The notes: a model not told the origin generated them from the letters alone. Shown: positions 45,006-58,280, counted from the first letter of the stretch. The stretch: 64,000 nt of DNA from Pristiophorus japonicus (GCF_044704955.1 NC_091990.1:14756001-14820000); one strand, 5' to 3'. Numbers and translations are program-made.

Positions 45006-47120
45006 CGTATTTGTCCAATGTTCACATATAAAGAATAGCAACTGGCTCTCAGCAAGAATTAGTGTCATCAGAAAAGAAGAAAAAGCTAGGGTGGGTGTGA
45101 TTAAAACCAAACAACAAATTTTATCAAATTGAACTGAGGAATCTAGATGGTACCACTGAGAGCGTGTCTTCCCCAATCTCCTGTAACATCACAGCTAAAG
45201 CTGCAAAACTGAAGAGAGGTAGCTAATCTGATATGTCTTTAATAATAATCCAAATGGCAGAGGTAAAGCTGAGAAAACTTATCTTGTTGGAGTCAAATCT
45301 TGAAAGTTATTTTCCCACAGTAGGCCAAACTTTCATGTTTTATTTACAGACCAATTGATTTTGCCTGTCCTGGCAATGCACAAGATAACTTAATTCTACC
45401 ATAGGACGTACTGAGAAAATGGATTGCAAAGTGTTGAAGGTGATAACCCATTGTCTCATCTGTCTTGCCAATTACCTGTTATCTATGTCTAATTTCAAGT
45501 CAGACTTTCTTGTGTTTGGCCAGAAGACACAATCAATTGATCCCTGAATAAAATATGATTGTGTCCTGTTATTTCGTGTCTTCTAACTTCAAGGAGCTTA
45601 CTACCCTAATTTCACACTGCTGTGGTAAAGTTGTTCATAAAGAGTTGCTAACTCCATACACCAGATAAAAATATAAATATTCTACATATGGTTGTAAAAG
45701 ATGAATTAAAACTTGAGTAGAATCTGTCCAACAGGTTCGAGGCTCTTACTCCCTGTGTTGCCAAGAGCAAGGACTGTAGGGAGAATGAACAAACTGACCA
45801 CAGCACCGTAGTACAGGGGGCCATTCAAGTTGGGGGAGTAAAAAGAAATGTGGTAGTGGTAGAAGACAGTATAGTTAGGGGGATAGATACTGTTCTCTGC
45901 AGCCAAGAGACTGAGTCCAGAAGGCGGTGTTGGGTTAAGGCTATCTGCTCTGGCTGGAGAGGAATTTGGAATGGGAGGGGAAAGATCCTGGTGTCATAGT
46001 CCACGTAGGTACCAATGACATAGGTAGGACTAAGAGGTTCTGCTGAGAGAGTATGAGCAGCTAGGGCCTAAATTAAAAAGGAGAACCACAAAGGTAATAA
46101 TCTCTGGATTACTACCCGAGTCACGAACAAATTTGCCTAGGGTAAATAGGATCAGAGAAATGAACGCGTGGTGTGAGAAATGGGTTTCAATTCATGGGGC
46201 ACTGCACCAGTACTGGGATAGGAGGGAGCTGCTTCGTCAAGATGGACTTCTTTTGAACCAGGCTGGGGCCAGTGTCTTGGCGAATCGAATAACTAGGGCT
46301 GTAGATAGGACTTTAAACTAAATAGTGGGGGGAGGGATCTGGAGTGCAGAAATTTTAAAAGTCAAAGGGAAAGAAGAAGGCAAAAATGCAGGGTAGCGAT
46401 AGGGGTATTGATAACAAGAGTGTGACAGGAAGGGACAGAGCATATACACAAAAGACAAAATTAAAAGCTCTATATCTGAACGCACGAAGCATTCAGAACA
46501 AGATGGATGAGTTGACGGCACAAATAGAAATAAATGGGTATGATCTGATTGCCATTACAGAGACGTGGTTGCAAGGTGACCAAGGCTGGAAACTAAATAT
46601 TCAGGGGTATCTGCCATTTGGTAAAGATAAGCAGAAAGGAAAAGGAGTTGGGTAGCTCTGTTAATAAGGGATGAGATCAGTACAGTAGTGAGAAATGATA
46701 CTGGTTCAGAAGATCAAGATGTAGAATCAGTTTGGGTAGAGATATGAAATAATAAGGGAACTAAGTCACTGGTGGGAGTGGTCTACAGGCCCCCAAACAG
46801 TAGCCACATTGCAGGACAGAGTATAAATAAAAAAATAATGGAGGCTTGAAATAAAGGTACGGCAATAATCATGGGCGATTTTAATACTGATCGGACAAAT
46901 CAAATTGGCAAAGATGGCCTTGAGGAAGAGTTCATAGATTGTATGCGCGATGGTTTCTTGGAACAATACGTTGTGGAACCAAACAGGGAGCAGACTATTT
47001 TAGATCTGGTAATGTGTAACGAGTCTGGATTAATTAATGATCTCGTAGTGAAGGATCCTCTTGGGAAGAGTGATCATAGCATGGTAGAATTTCAAATTCA
47101 GTTTGAGGATGAGAAAGCTA

Positions 47121-47407
47121 GGGGGCCAAAATTAATCAACTCACCGCCCACTGCCGCCGACACTCCTCATGTCGATCAGCCCAGTGCCACTTTTGACGTG
47201 GCCTGGAGCAGGCGGGAGGGGAGAGCCGCTGGGAACCGTCCGCCTCCCGCCCGCCGAGCTCCCATATTCATGCAGGCGGGAGTCGGCGCCAGAACCGGGG
47301 TGGACCGCTGGCTGGAGGCTGGTCTGTCCCCGATGGCAAGCATGAAGATCCTGAAAAAAAGGTTAGTGAACATTTTATATATTTTTTTCCCACAACGACT
47401 TACCTGG
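47121..47407. mobile_element. GC-rich left-end fragment of a Harbinger-type element inserted in CR1 ORF2
   Basis: CR1 homology breaks at GGGGGCCAAAATT and resumes at ggtaattacaaag. Confidence 0.5.
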
Positions 47408-48263
47408 TAATTACAAAGTTATGAAGGCAGAGTTGGTTAAAGTGGATTGGGAAAATATATTAAAGGGTAAGACTGTAGAAAAACAGTGGCAAACATTTAA
47501 GGAGATATTTCATAACTCTCAGCAAAGATGTATTCCATTGAGAAACAAAGGCTGTAAGAGAAGGATGAACCATCCCTGACTAACTCAGGAAGCAAAGGAT
47601 GGTATCAAATTGAAAACAAAGGCATACAATGTTGCGAAGAACATTGGAAGGCCAAAGGATTGGGAAATTTTAAGAAACCAGCAAAGGACGACTAAAAAAA
47701 TGATAAAGGCAAAGAAGATAGCATATGAGAGTAAATTAACAAGAAATACAAAAACAGACAGTAAGAGCTTCCACACGTATATAAAAAGGAAGCGAGTAGT
47801 TAAAGTAAACGTTGGTCCCTTAGAGGATGAGACTGGGGAATTAATAATGGGTAACGGGAAAATGTCGGAGACTTTGAACAAATAATTTGTATCAGTCTTC
47901 ACGGTAGAGGACACTAAAAACATCCCAATAATTGATAATCAAGGAGCTAGTGGAGGGGGGTGGGGGACTTAAAACCACTATCACTAGAGATAAAGTACTT
48001 GGCAAACTAATGGGACTAAAGGTACACAAGTCCCCTGGACCTGAAGGTCTGCATCCTATGATCTTAAAAGAAGTGGCTGCAGAGATTGTGGGTGCATTGG
48101 TTGTAATCTACCAAAATTCCTTGGATTTTGGAGAGGTCCCAGCGGACTGGAAAACCATAAATGAAATGACCCTATTTAAGAAAGGAGGGAGACAGAAAAC
48201 AGGAAACTATAGATCAGTTAGCCTAACATCTGTCATTGGAAAAATGCTGGAGTCCACCATTAA

Positions 48264-49316
48264 TGTAATGTAATGTAGCCAAGTTTGCTGATGATACAAA
48301 GATGGGTGGGAAACCAAATTGTGAGGAGGACACAAAAAATCTGAAAGGGATAGACAGGCTAAGTGAGTGGGCAAACATTTAACAGATGGAGTATAATGTG
48401 GGAAAATGTGAGGTTATCCACTTTGGCAGAATAGAAAAGCAAATTATAATTTAAATGGAGAAAAATTGCAAAGTGCTGCAGTACATAGGGACCTGGAGGT
48501 CCTTGTGCATGAAACACAGAAAGTTAGTATGCAGGTTCAGCAAGTAATCAGGAAGGCAAATGGAATGTTGGCCTTTATTGCAAGGGGGATAGCAGAGAAG
48601 TCCTGCTACAACTGTACAGGTCTTCACGGCAGAGGACACTAAAAACATTCCAATAATTGATAATCAAGGAGCTAGTGGAGGGGGGCGGGGACTTAAAACC
48701 ACTATCACTAGAGATAAAGTACTCGACAAACTAATGGGACTAAAGTTTGGTAAGGCCACACCTGGAGTACTGCGTACAGTTTTGGTCTCCGTATTTATGG
48801 AAGGATATTCTTGCATTGGAGGCTGTTCACAGAGAAGGTTCACCAGGTTGATTCCGGAGATGAGGGGGTTGACTTATGAAGATAGTTTGAGTAGGTTGGA
48901 CCTCTACTCATTGGAGTTCAGAAGAATGAGAGGTGATCTTATTGAAACATACAAGATAATGAGAGGGCTCAACAAGGTGGATGCAGAGAGGATATTTCCA
49001 CTCATTGGGGAAACTAGAACGAGGGAACATAATCTCAGAATAAGGTGCCACCTATTTAAAACTGAGATGAGGAGGAATTTCTTCTCTCAGAGAGTTGTAA
49101 ATCTATGGAATTCTCTGCCCCAGAGAGCTGTGGAGGCTGGGTCATTTAATTTTTTCAAGGTGGAGATAGACAGTTTTTTGAGCGGTAAGGGAGTAAGGGG
49201 TTATGGGCAGCAGGCAGGGAAGTGGAGCTGAGTCCATGATCTTATTGAATGGCGGAGCAGGCTCGTGGGGCCAAATGGCCTACTCCTGTTCCTATTTTTT
49301 TATGTTATTATGTTCT
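48264..49316 (+). mobile_element. CR1 3' fragment nested in the same orientation inside the 45720 CR1
   Basis: Complete CR1 3' end with tail; CATTAA duplicated at 48258-48263 and 49317-49322; host ORF2 resumes at KEIVAGHLE. Confidence 0.85.
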
Positions 49317-50429
49317 CATTAAGGAAATAGTAGCAGGACATTTGGAAAATCAAAATGCAGTCAAGCAGAGTCAGCATGGTTTTATGAAAGGGAAATCATA
49401 TTTGACAAATTTTCTGGAGTTCTTTGAGGATGTAACGAGCAGGGTGGATAAAGGGGAACCAGTAGATGTTGTATATTTGGATCTCCAGAAAGAAGTCGAT
49501 AAGGTGCCACATAAAAGGTTACTGCACAAGATAAGAGCTCACGGGGTTGGAGTAATATATTGGCATGGATAGAGATTGGCTAACTAACAGAAAACAGAAA
49601 GCCGGGATAAATGGGTCATTTTCAGGTTGGAAAACTGTAACTAGTGCGGTGCCACAGGGATCAGTGCTGGGGCCTCAACTATTTACAATTTATATTTCTG
49701 ACTTGGATGAAGGGCCCGAGTGTAACGTAGCTAAATTTGCTGAAGATACAAAGATAGGTGTGAAAGCAAGTTGTGAGGAGGCGGCAAAGAATCTACAAAG
49801 GGATATAGATAGGCTCAGTGAGTGGGCAAAAATTTGGCAGATGGAGTATAATGTGGAAAAATGGAAAAACTTTGGTAGGAAAAATAAAAAAGTAAATTAC
49901 TATTTAAATGGGGAGAGATTACAAAATGCTTAAGTACAGAGGAATCTGGGGGTTCTTGTACATGAAACACAAAAAGTTAGCATGCAGATACAGCAAGTAA
50001 TCAGGAAAGCAAATGGAATGTTGGGTTTTATTGCAAGGGGGATGGAGTATAAAAGCTGCTCTGATTCTGAGGGTGCTTGACAGAGTAGATGCAGAGAGGA
50101 TGTTTCCCCTCATGAAGGAATCTAGAACTAGGGGGCATAGTTTCAGAATAAGGGGTCGCCCATTTAAGACAGAAATTAGGAGGTGTTTCCTCTCTCAAAG
50201 GGTCGTGAATCTTTGGAATTCTCTACCCCAGAGAGCTGTGGAGGCTGGGTCATTGAATATATTTAAGGTGGAGATAGACAGATTTTTGAATGATAAGGGA
50301 GTCAAGGGTTATGGGGAGCGGGCGAGGAAGTGGAGTTGAGGCAAGGATCAGATCAGCCATGATTTTATTGAATGGTGGAGCAGGCTCGAGGGGCTGCTCC
50401 TATTAGTCCTGCTCCTATTTCTTATAATA

Positions 50430-50662
50430 ATAACGAACAATAACTTTTATTTATATAGCGCCTTTAACGTAGTAAAACGTCCCAAGGCGCTTCACAATAG
50501 TGTTACAAGACAAAACGGATAAATTTGACACTAAGCCACAAAAGAAGAGATTAAGGCAGATGACCAAAAGCTTGTTTAAAGAGGTTGGTTTTAAGAACCA
50601 TCCTAAAGGAGGAAAGAGAGGTAGAGAGGTAGAGAGGTTTCGGGAGGGAATTCCAGAGCTTA
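50430..50662 (-). mobile_element. L2 3' tail fragment
   Basis: Similar to 7248-7475. Confidence 0.8.
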
Positions 50663-52602
50663 TGTTCTTATAGAAGTCTTTATACTATCAGGATTTTACT
50701 TGACAGCACAGGATACAGCAATATTTTCCAGATAGCAAAGTGTACAGCAATAGAAGTGATAAAGCTTTCCTATTATTATGATCACTCCACCTGATCCAAA
50801 ATAATTAATAGAAAATTGTATTTCCTTCAAATTTGGAATTTTTGACTAATTATAATGAAGTTCTGAAAAACAGGAAAATAAAAATCAAGTGCGGAGGAAC
50901 TAGATCTGGCTGGAAAATATACATACATCCACCTACTGTAACATTTGGGACATTTACCTAGAAATGATTTAGTTTTAATGTATATAATAAGCTATCTTAA
51001 AAGAAAATGGAACAGGCATTAATAATTTTTTACTTTTGCATATTACACCAGTGTTAGGACAATGGAGAGTCTCCTTAGCAGTTCTTCGTTCTGTGCTCCC
51101 CAGTAGGGGGCTTAATTAAACAAACAAAACAGGTGTCATGATCTTCCAATACCTAGAGATATAGTGGGCTGGCGGGATTTCCATTCAAGATGGTAACTTT
51201 AATTGGCAGCTTTGCCAACCAATCCTCATCACAAAGAGTTGGGGGCGGAGGGGGGGGCGTCAGAGAACAGTCTTTCTCTGACTCTAGTCACTCCCTCCCT
51301 CCCTCAGCATAATACACTTTCTAAAATTTATAAAACACAAAGAAAAAGCTACAAAAGGTGTGTAATCAGGACACTATCATTTTCTCTCACACACACTGTT
51401 TTAAAAAAAACACTGAATATATAAAAGCTTTCAAAGTTTGTCCACTTGTTTTTCAGAATTATTTGAAGAAAAGCTGCTGAGCAAAAATAGCTAGTAGCTG
51501 AACAAAAAATTGAATTAATACAACTGGCTGAATGGTGGGACGACAACTGGAATATTCGGTATACTTTATATGCTCAACCTGCATGATCCAAAATCAGCAC
51601 AGTCACAGTTCTGCACAAAATATCAAGTCCAATCCCAGACTATTGGGAGAAGCTGAGGCTTTCAAGTAAAATGTTTAATTAGCTATTGTAATTATATAGA
51701 AGACAATTCAATGGATACATTTAATTATGTTATTGTGAAATATATAAATCCACAATATAATCCTGTTACTTTTGATTTTTTTTTACGAAAACAAATTGAG
51801 TTGTCTTGTAGTTCAAATTAAACAATTTAAATAACGGTAGGAAGCATGTTTGCACAATTTCAATTCAAATTAGTTGCTAATTCACATTAAACAATTTTGA
51901 ATGAAGAGTGGGCTCTATGCACATACACACACCAATCTAAACACATATACACACACATATAGACATTCCCATGCACAAGTCCATAACTGTGTGCTCATAC
52001 ACACCCACACACAATCATATACTAACACATGTATATGTGCACACATACACAGAAAGTAAACAAATAGCTCCATTATTTTAAAGCAATAACAAAATATTTT
52101 TTCTCAGAGGTCCCTTTTTAAAATGTTGAGGAATGTAGCTCTAAGAGTTTGTACAAACAAAATACAATTCTGAAACTATTGGCTCTGATTGTGATTCTCA
52201 AAGCTTGCTCTTTTGTACATATTCAACGCATCCATCTTTATAATGAGATTTTATTTGAAAAACAACTCAGCTTGCAAACCCACTGCAATGAATACATTTG
52301 TCTTTACTTTTATGATAAAAAAGAAAAACCAAAAATACTGTAAGTCAAAGATAAACAGAAAATGCTGAAAATACACAGTACGCCCATCAGCATCTGTAAA
52401 AGACAGGCTAAATGTTTTGTGTTGGAATTTTCCATCAGGATTACAAAGGGTCTCAACCTACAGTGTTCGACACATGCTCCAGTGAAGGGTCTCCATAAAA
52501 CCTGTCTGTCAGTTAACGTTTTGGGTTGATGACTTTTCGTCTGAACTGGAAAAAGTTCAGATCTAACAGGTTTTAAGCAAGTGCAGAAAGGGGACAGGGG
52601 AG

Positions 52603-53043
52603 GAAAGAAAGAATTGCATCTATCACGACCACCGGACGTCTCAAAGCGTTTTACAGCCAATGAAGTACTTTTTGAAGTGTAGTCATGGTTGTTAGGTGCC
52701 AATATGCACACAAGCAAGCTCCCACAGAAAGCAATGTGATCATGACCAGATAATCTGTTCCTGTTATGTTGATTGAGGGATAAATATTGACCAGGACACT
52801 GGGGATAACTCCCCTGCTCTTCTTCGAAATAGTGCCATGGGATCTTTTATGTTCACCTGAGAGACCAAATGGGGCCTCAGTTTAACGTCTCATCCGAAAG
52901 ATGACACCTCCGACAGGGCAGCACTCCCTCAGCACTGCACTGATATGTCAGCCTAGATTTTGACATTCAAGTCCCTGGAGTGGTACTTGAACCAACAGCC
53001 TTCTCACTCGGATGCGAGTGAGTTACCAACTGAGCCACAGCTG
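52603..53043 (-). mobile_element. tRNA-derived DeuSINE (SacSINE1-like)
   Basis: Colinear with 6217-6681; A/B boxes TGGCTCAGTTGG and GGTTCAAGTACC. Confidence 0.85.
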
Positions 53044-53474
53044 ATACAGGACCTGCTGCATATTTTCAACATTTACTAACAATGAGACATAGAAAATCAG
53101 ATGGACTTTAAAATATGTTTGATTAAAATATGTTTCACTAAAAATAAACATACACATGCACATACACACATTTAATCAACATGCTGAATGATAAAATTGC
53201 TGCAACATTTAGAACTCAAATATATCTTTCACGTAAAGTTAAATGTATACCAGGTATACACAGAAGGTAATATTTTAATGAATGAATAAAACCTCCTCTA
53301 AATTAATGAAAAACTGTATTTGTTTCAGCCAGTAGTGCCCATCCCCCACCTGCTGCTCTTACCTGCTGGACTACTGACCAATCCAATGCTTCTCAGTTTT
53401 ACTTTGCAGTTGTTTTGGTTCTGGGCAGAAATTCACACGCTCTTGGGTTGAATTCCATTTTAGCGATGACATCT

Positions 53475-54524
53475 GGCCTTTTCAGAATGGCAGGCAGTGA
53501 CTAGTGGAGTGTCGCAGGGCTCAGTGCTGGGACCCCAGCTCTTTACAATATACATTAACGATTTAGATGAAGGAATTGAGTGTAATATCTCCAAGTTTGC
53601 AGATGACACTAAACTGGGTGGTGGTGTGAGCTGTGAGGAGGACGCTAAGAGGCTGCAGGATGATTTGGACAGGTTAGGTGAGTGGGCAAATGCATGGCAG
53701 ATGCAGTATAATGTGGATAAATGTGAGGTTATCCACTTTGGGGGCAAAAACACGAAGGCAGAATATTATCTGAATGGCGGCAGATTAGGAAAAGAGGTGC
53801 AACGAGACCTGGGTGTCATGGTTCATCAGTCATTGAAAGTTGGCATGCAGGTACAGAAGGCGGTGAAGAAGGAAAATGGTATGTTGGCCTTCATAGCTAG
53901 GGCATTTGAGTATAGGAGCAGGGAGGTCTCACTGCAGTTCTACAGGGCCTTGGTGAGGCCTCACCTGGAACCTTGTGTTCAGTTTTGGTCTCCTAATCTG
54001 AGGAAGGACGTTTTTGCTATTGAGGGAGTGCAGCGAAGGTTCACCAGACTGATTCCAGGGATGGCTGGACTGACATATGAGGAGAGACTGGATCAACTGG
54101 GCCTTTATTCACTGGAGTTTAGAAGGATGAGAGGGGATCTCATGGAAACGTATAAGATTCTGACGGGACTGGACGGGTTTGTTGCAGGAAGAATGTTCCC
54201 GATGTTGGGGAAGTCCAGAACCAGGGGACATAGTGTTAGGATAAGGGGTAGGTCATTTTGGACTGAGATGAGGAGAAACGTCTTCACTCAGAGAGTTGTT
54301 AACCTGTGGAATTCCCTGCTGCAGAGAGTTGTTGATGCCAGTTCATTGGATATATTCAAGAGGGAGTTAGATATGGCCCTTATGGCTAAAGAGATCAAGG
54401 GGTATGGAGAGAAAGCAGGAAAGGGGTACTGAGGGAATGATCAGCCATGATATTATTGAATGGCGGTGCAGGCTCGAAGGACCGAATGGCCTACTCCTGC
54501 GTCTATTTTCTATGTTTATATGTT
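53475..54524 (+). mobile_element. CR1 LINE 3' ~1 kb with an uninterrupted 311-codon RT C-terminal frame
   Basis: ORF 53497-54432 QGSVLGP, KFADDTK, RPHLE; tail ctatgtttatatg. Confidence 0.95.
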
Positions 54525-55779
54525 TACTGTTTGCCTTCTACTGAGAGTGTATTTTCTGCTGAATTGCCTCTATTCTGCTACTAGGCCTACTTATGCATGC
54601 TCAGTTCCTGCTCCTCCCCGGGATCTTTACGTTCAGCTTGCTCGGATCTGTTCCTGCCAGATTCCATCCTGCTCTGGATTCTGCTCCCATGCTACTGAAT
54701 TATCGGCGTTTTGCTCGCTTTCTGTTGCTCTGCTCCACTCTCTCTTCAGAACTCCTCCATTACCTTGCACTGGACTAAGTTGGACTGGCTCCTCAAGTTC
54801 CTGCTGCTGCTCCTTATTTTGTGCGCCCCTCAGACCAGCTCTCTCATCTGCATTAATGACATGAATTCACCCTTCATCCTTTCCTCGCTCCCAGGACATC
54901 ACTGCTCTTCGTCCTTTGGGTTTCAATCTCGTGGTTCTTGTTCCTCTGTTGGTCTACCAGATCTGCTGGTGTGCAATGTTTACACCACTACACACCTCAG
55001 CTGGACCCCAGGATCAACCTCTGCTAGCTCACGGTCAACTCTACACTCCTCCTCAGCCTCTTGTTCTACTGGACAGCATTCACTAGCACGCATGCATCTT
55101 GAATGGCTTCTGGGTCTGCTCCCTCTCCACAACTGTCTTTGAATGTGGATATTAGCTTGTGCACACTCCAAATTGACTGTATGCTATCTGTAAGCCCACT
55201 TCATTCCATCACGTCCTCAGACTTTAACTTTGGACTGTTCATCTCCTCTCTGTCCTCTGTTTATGACCAGGAACATCTCTCCTAACTCTGCCATGTCTAT
55301 GTAACCTGAATTCCTTCGTTTCCATTCATATGCACATTTGGCTGCCACTCCAGACCTAACTCCATTACATCCATTCTCGTTATTTTTCTCGTATCTTTTT
55401 CTTGTTTCATCCTCTTCCGGTCACCCACCCATGCCACCTTTCAATTATCCCTCTCAGGTACTTTGTGCCCCAATCCCAATTTTAAGCAGTGCACTACTCC
55501 TCTGCCTTCCAACTCTTCTGCCACTGTTCCATGCTTGAATTCCCCTTGGGTACGCCCACAGCTATCCTCTGTGCCTCTCCTGCCATTCTCTGGGGGTTCA
55601 CTGAGGCACCTGGTGCTGCCTTCCAACAAGCAGCAACCCCAACTGCCTCATCGTTCTTTCTCGCTCACCTTTCTGCCCAGCTTGCCAGCTAGGGGCTAAC
55701 CTTACGAGCGTCTGTTCGATCTCACTCACTCACCCAACCCACCGCTGCTCCCTTGGGCTCTACCAGCCTCTCAACAATC

Positions 55780-56330
55780 ACCACCCCTCTCCACAATTTG
55801 CTCCAGAATGTCTATTCTTTCATGAACAAGGCCCTTGCTAGCCACAAGCATATTCTGGATGATTACATTGGCATCCTGGATTTGACTGAAACTTGGCTCA
55901 CAGGTTGGTGGAAAGTATGGCCAGCTTCCTTCCCTGGCCATACTTTCCACCAACGGCCTTACCCAATGTGCTGATCTAGCGGTGTGGCCATTATCACTAA
56001 GTCACACTTTGGTCTCCACTCCTACTTCTCTGGCACTTTCTCCTCCTTCAAGCACCTCATATTGTTCCATCCTTCTCGCCTTTCTTTTAAAATCTTCATT
56101 GTCTACAGCATCTCCAAGTTCGACCTCGAGTTTCTCCTCAAGATATCCTCTCCAAATTTCCCTCACGCAGTGACTCCTTACCCGTAGTGATTTCAATATT
56201 CATCTCAGTTCCCACTGTCCTCTGAACTCATTACTTTCCTGAACTCCTTAAACCTCTGTTTCCATAAAAACCTTCCTACCCATATTCATGGACACCATCT
56301 CAACCTTGCTATATCCCCCTAAGGCACTTC
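55780..56330 (+). mobile_element. Old L2-like endonuclease fragment (pyrimidine-rich 54600-55780 may be its 5' region)
   Basis: LQNVYSFMNK...LDLTETWLT, GVAII, DFNIH, PTHIHGHHLNL motifs. Confidence 0.65.
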
Positions 56331-56566
56331 AAAACTCTCAATTGCCTAGCCTTTGGAACTCCACCCACCATAACCCATAAAATTCAAAATTCTGCTGCCA
56401 TATCCTATGCAACACCAAGTCCCACTCACCCATCACCCATGTATTCGCTGACCTACATGTGCTCCTGGTCTCACAACACCTTAGATTTAAAATTCTCATT
56501 CTAGTGTTCAAATCTCTTCATGGCCTCGACCCTCTTTATTTCTGGAACTTTCTACGGCCCGACAAC

Positions 56567-57053
56567 TATTTTTGTTGTATCTGTAAACAAGTGTCCTCTG
56601 GTTAAAGGGCGTGGGGGGGGGGGGTGGGGGCAGGGGGACACTAAAACCGACAAACTTAAGAAACAAATTAAACTTTAGACATGTGATTCAAATTAAAATT
56701 TGGTTGCCGGAGGTGATGAAGCACTCCAGTCCCTCCGGCATCCACCTCTCGCGGAAGGCCTCGAGCGTACCGGTGCACACCGCGTGCTCCATCTCCAGGG
56801 ACAACCTGGCTTGGATGTAACCGTGGAAGAGAGGCAGACAGTCAGGTTGAATGACCCCCTCGACTGCCCGCTGCCTGGACCGGCTGATAGCACCCTTGGC
56901 CGTGCCCAGGAGCAGTCCTACGAGGAGGCCTTCGGACCTACCCGCTCCCCTCCGCACAGGGTGCCCAAAGATCAGGAGTGTGGGACTGAAGTGCAACCAG
57001 AAATTGAGGAGCAGCCCCTTCAACATATAGGTGGAACACGGACTCCTCTAGAC
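56567..57053 (-). mobile_element. Tx1/L1-clade LINE 3' fragment inserted in an L2 remnant (~56420-57350)
   Basis: ORF 56688-57026 (HFSPTLLIFG...LLLGTAKGAI...AFRERW) resembles a Tx1 ORF2 C-terminus; candidate TSD TCTACGGCCCGACAAC / TCTACAGCGCTACAAC (13/16). Confidence 0.75.
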
Positions 57054-57849
57054 TCTACAGCGCTACAACCGTCCCCACACCAGCCCCCTCTTTCAAACTT
57101 TCAGCTGCTCTGACTCTGGCATCTGGTGCATTCTCCCCCCACCTCTCTGTCCCACAATTGATGGCCATGCCTTCAGCTGTTCAGCCCCACATTCTGGAAT
57201 TTCCTCCTTAAAACCCACACTGACCAGCCTCTGGTCACTGCTCATAATATCGCCTTCTTGGGCTCAACTACCATTTTTTGTTTACATCTTTGTGAAGTGC
57301 CTGGAGATGTTTTTCTATGCTAAAGATGCTATATAAACGCAAGTTGAAAATAAAAATTAACCTAAAACCACACAGGTTGAGGCAGGATTGCGATGTAATA
57401 TTGTACTCCCGATTTTAAAGTTCTCATCCTTGTTTTCAAATCCCTCCATGGCCTCGCCCCTCCCAATTTCAATAACCTCCTCCAATCCTACCCTCCGCCA
57501 ATTCTGACCTCTTGTACAATCCTGAAGTTCTGTGCCTGGGCCCTAAGCTCTGGAATCCCCTCCCCAAACCTATTAATCTCTCTCTCTCTCTCTCTCTCTC
57601 TCCCCCCACCCCGCCTCTCGCTCCTTTAAGATGCTCCATAAAACCTACCTTGTCCCTGCCCTAACATCTCCTCATGTAACTCGGTGTCAAATTTCGTCCG
57701 ATAACGTTCATATGGAGCGCCATCTCAGGCCGTTTTACTCCGTTAAAGGCGCTATTTAAATGGAAGTTGTTGTTGCACATAGGTTTTTCAGTAACATTTT
57801 ACCAAAGTGAAAAGAGTATGATTTATATAATATGTTTTAATATAGATTG

Positions 57850-58280
57850 CCCGTTCGGTGTCCGTGACGTCATTTCACCGCGCCCGACGTTGCCGGAGTG
57901 GTCCTCGGAAGGCGCCGGCCGTTGCCCGGGAAACGCGGTCATGGCTTTGAGGAGAGTGTGCGGCCGGGCGCTGGGTTTCACCAGGCCGCAGCCGGCGGTC
58001 GAGACTTCGGTGTTTCCGTGCAGGTTACAGGGCCGAGCTTTGGCCAGCTCAGCAGCGGCGCGGGGACGGTGTGAAGCTCTGGTTTACCACAAGCATGGCG
58101 AGGCGCTCCGTGTCATCCAGTAAGGGACAGTAATTCAGAGCACAACCTGCACTAACTGTAACTCTGCAGAGACAAAAGCTGCCAGGTCAGGTCCTGGCCA
58201 CACCGGACTCCGCCGGCCGGTTAGTGTAGTACGGCCCGTTGGTCGCAGCGTGGTACAAGCTGGCAACATTTGTCGCCCAG
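57850..58280 (+). promoter_or_regulatory. CpG island promoter of MECR with full CRE and RFX X-box
   Basis: CpG-dense unique sequence; TGACGTCA 57865-57872; CGGAAG 57906-57911; GTTGCCCGGGAAAC 57921-57934. Confidence 0.8.
57941..58119 (+). CDS. MECR: MECR coding exon 1 (mitochondrial trans-2-enoyl-CoA/ACP reductase; targeting peptide and start of the GroES-like domain)
   Basis: GTCATGG start; Arg-rich, acid-poor presequence MALRRVCGRALGFTRPQ; ALVYHKHGEALRVIQ resembles the recalled human MECR ALVYGHHGDPAKVVE; phase-2 donor CA|GTAAGG. Exon 2 not found in window. Confidence 0.88.

Larger units (their letters stand above)
45720..50425 (+). mobile_element. CR1 LINE with ORF1 esterase (SGNH-type) and ORF2, carrying nested inserts
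   Basis: ORF1 motifs DSIVRG, VHVGTND, DGLLLN at ~45850-46321; ORF2 YLNARSIQNK, ITETWL, GDFN, KSPGP, PQGSVLGP. Confidence 0.92.

Noticed and set aside
53363-53460. PTPRU exon 1 (head-to-head neighbour of MECR in human, from recall), suggested by ...SPA-G|gtaag
   Set aside because: No in-frame ATG after the upstream TGA and no hydrophobic signal peptide.
57767-57940. N-terminal extension of the 118-aa ORF over MECR exon 1
   Set aside because: It starts at a non-ATG codon in an L2 tail. The ATG at 57941 gives a proper mitochondrial presequence, and the ORF's stop lies in the splice donor.
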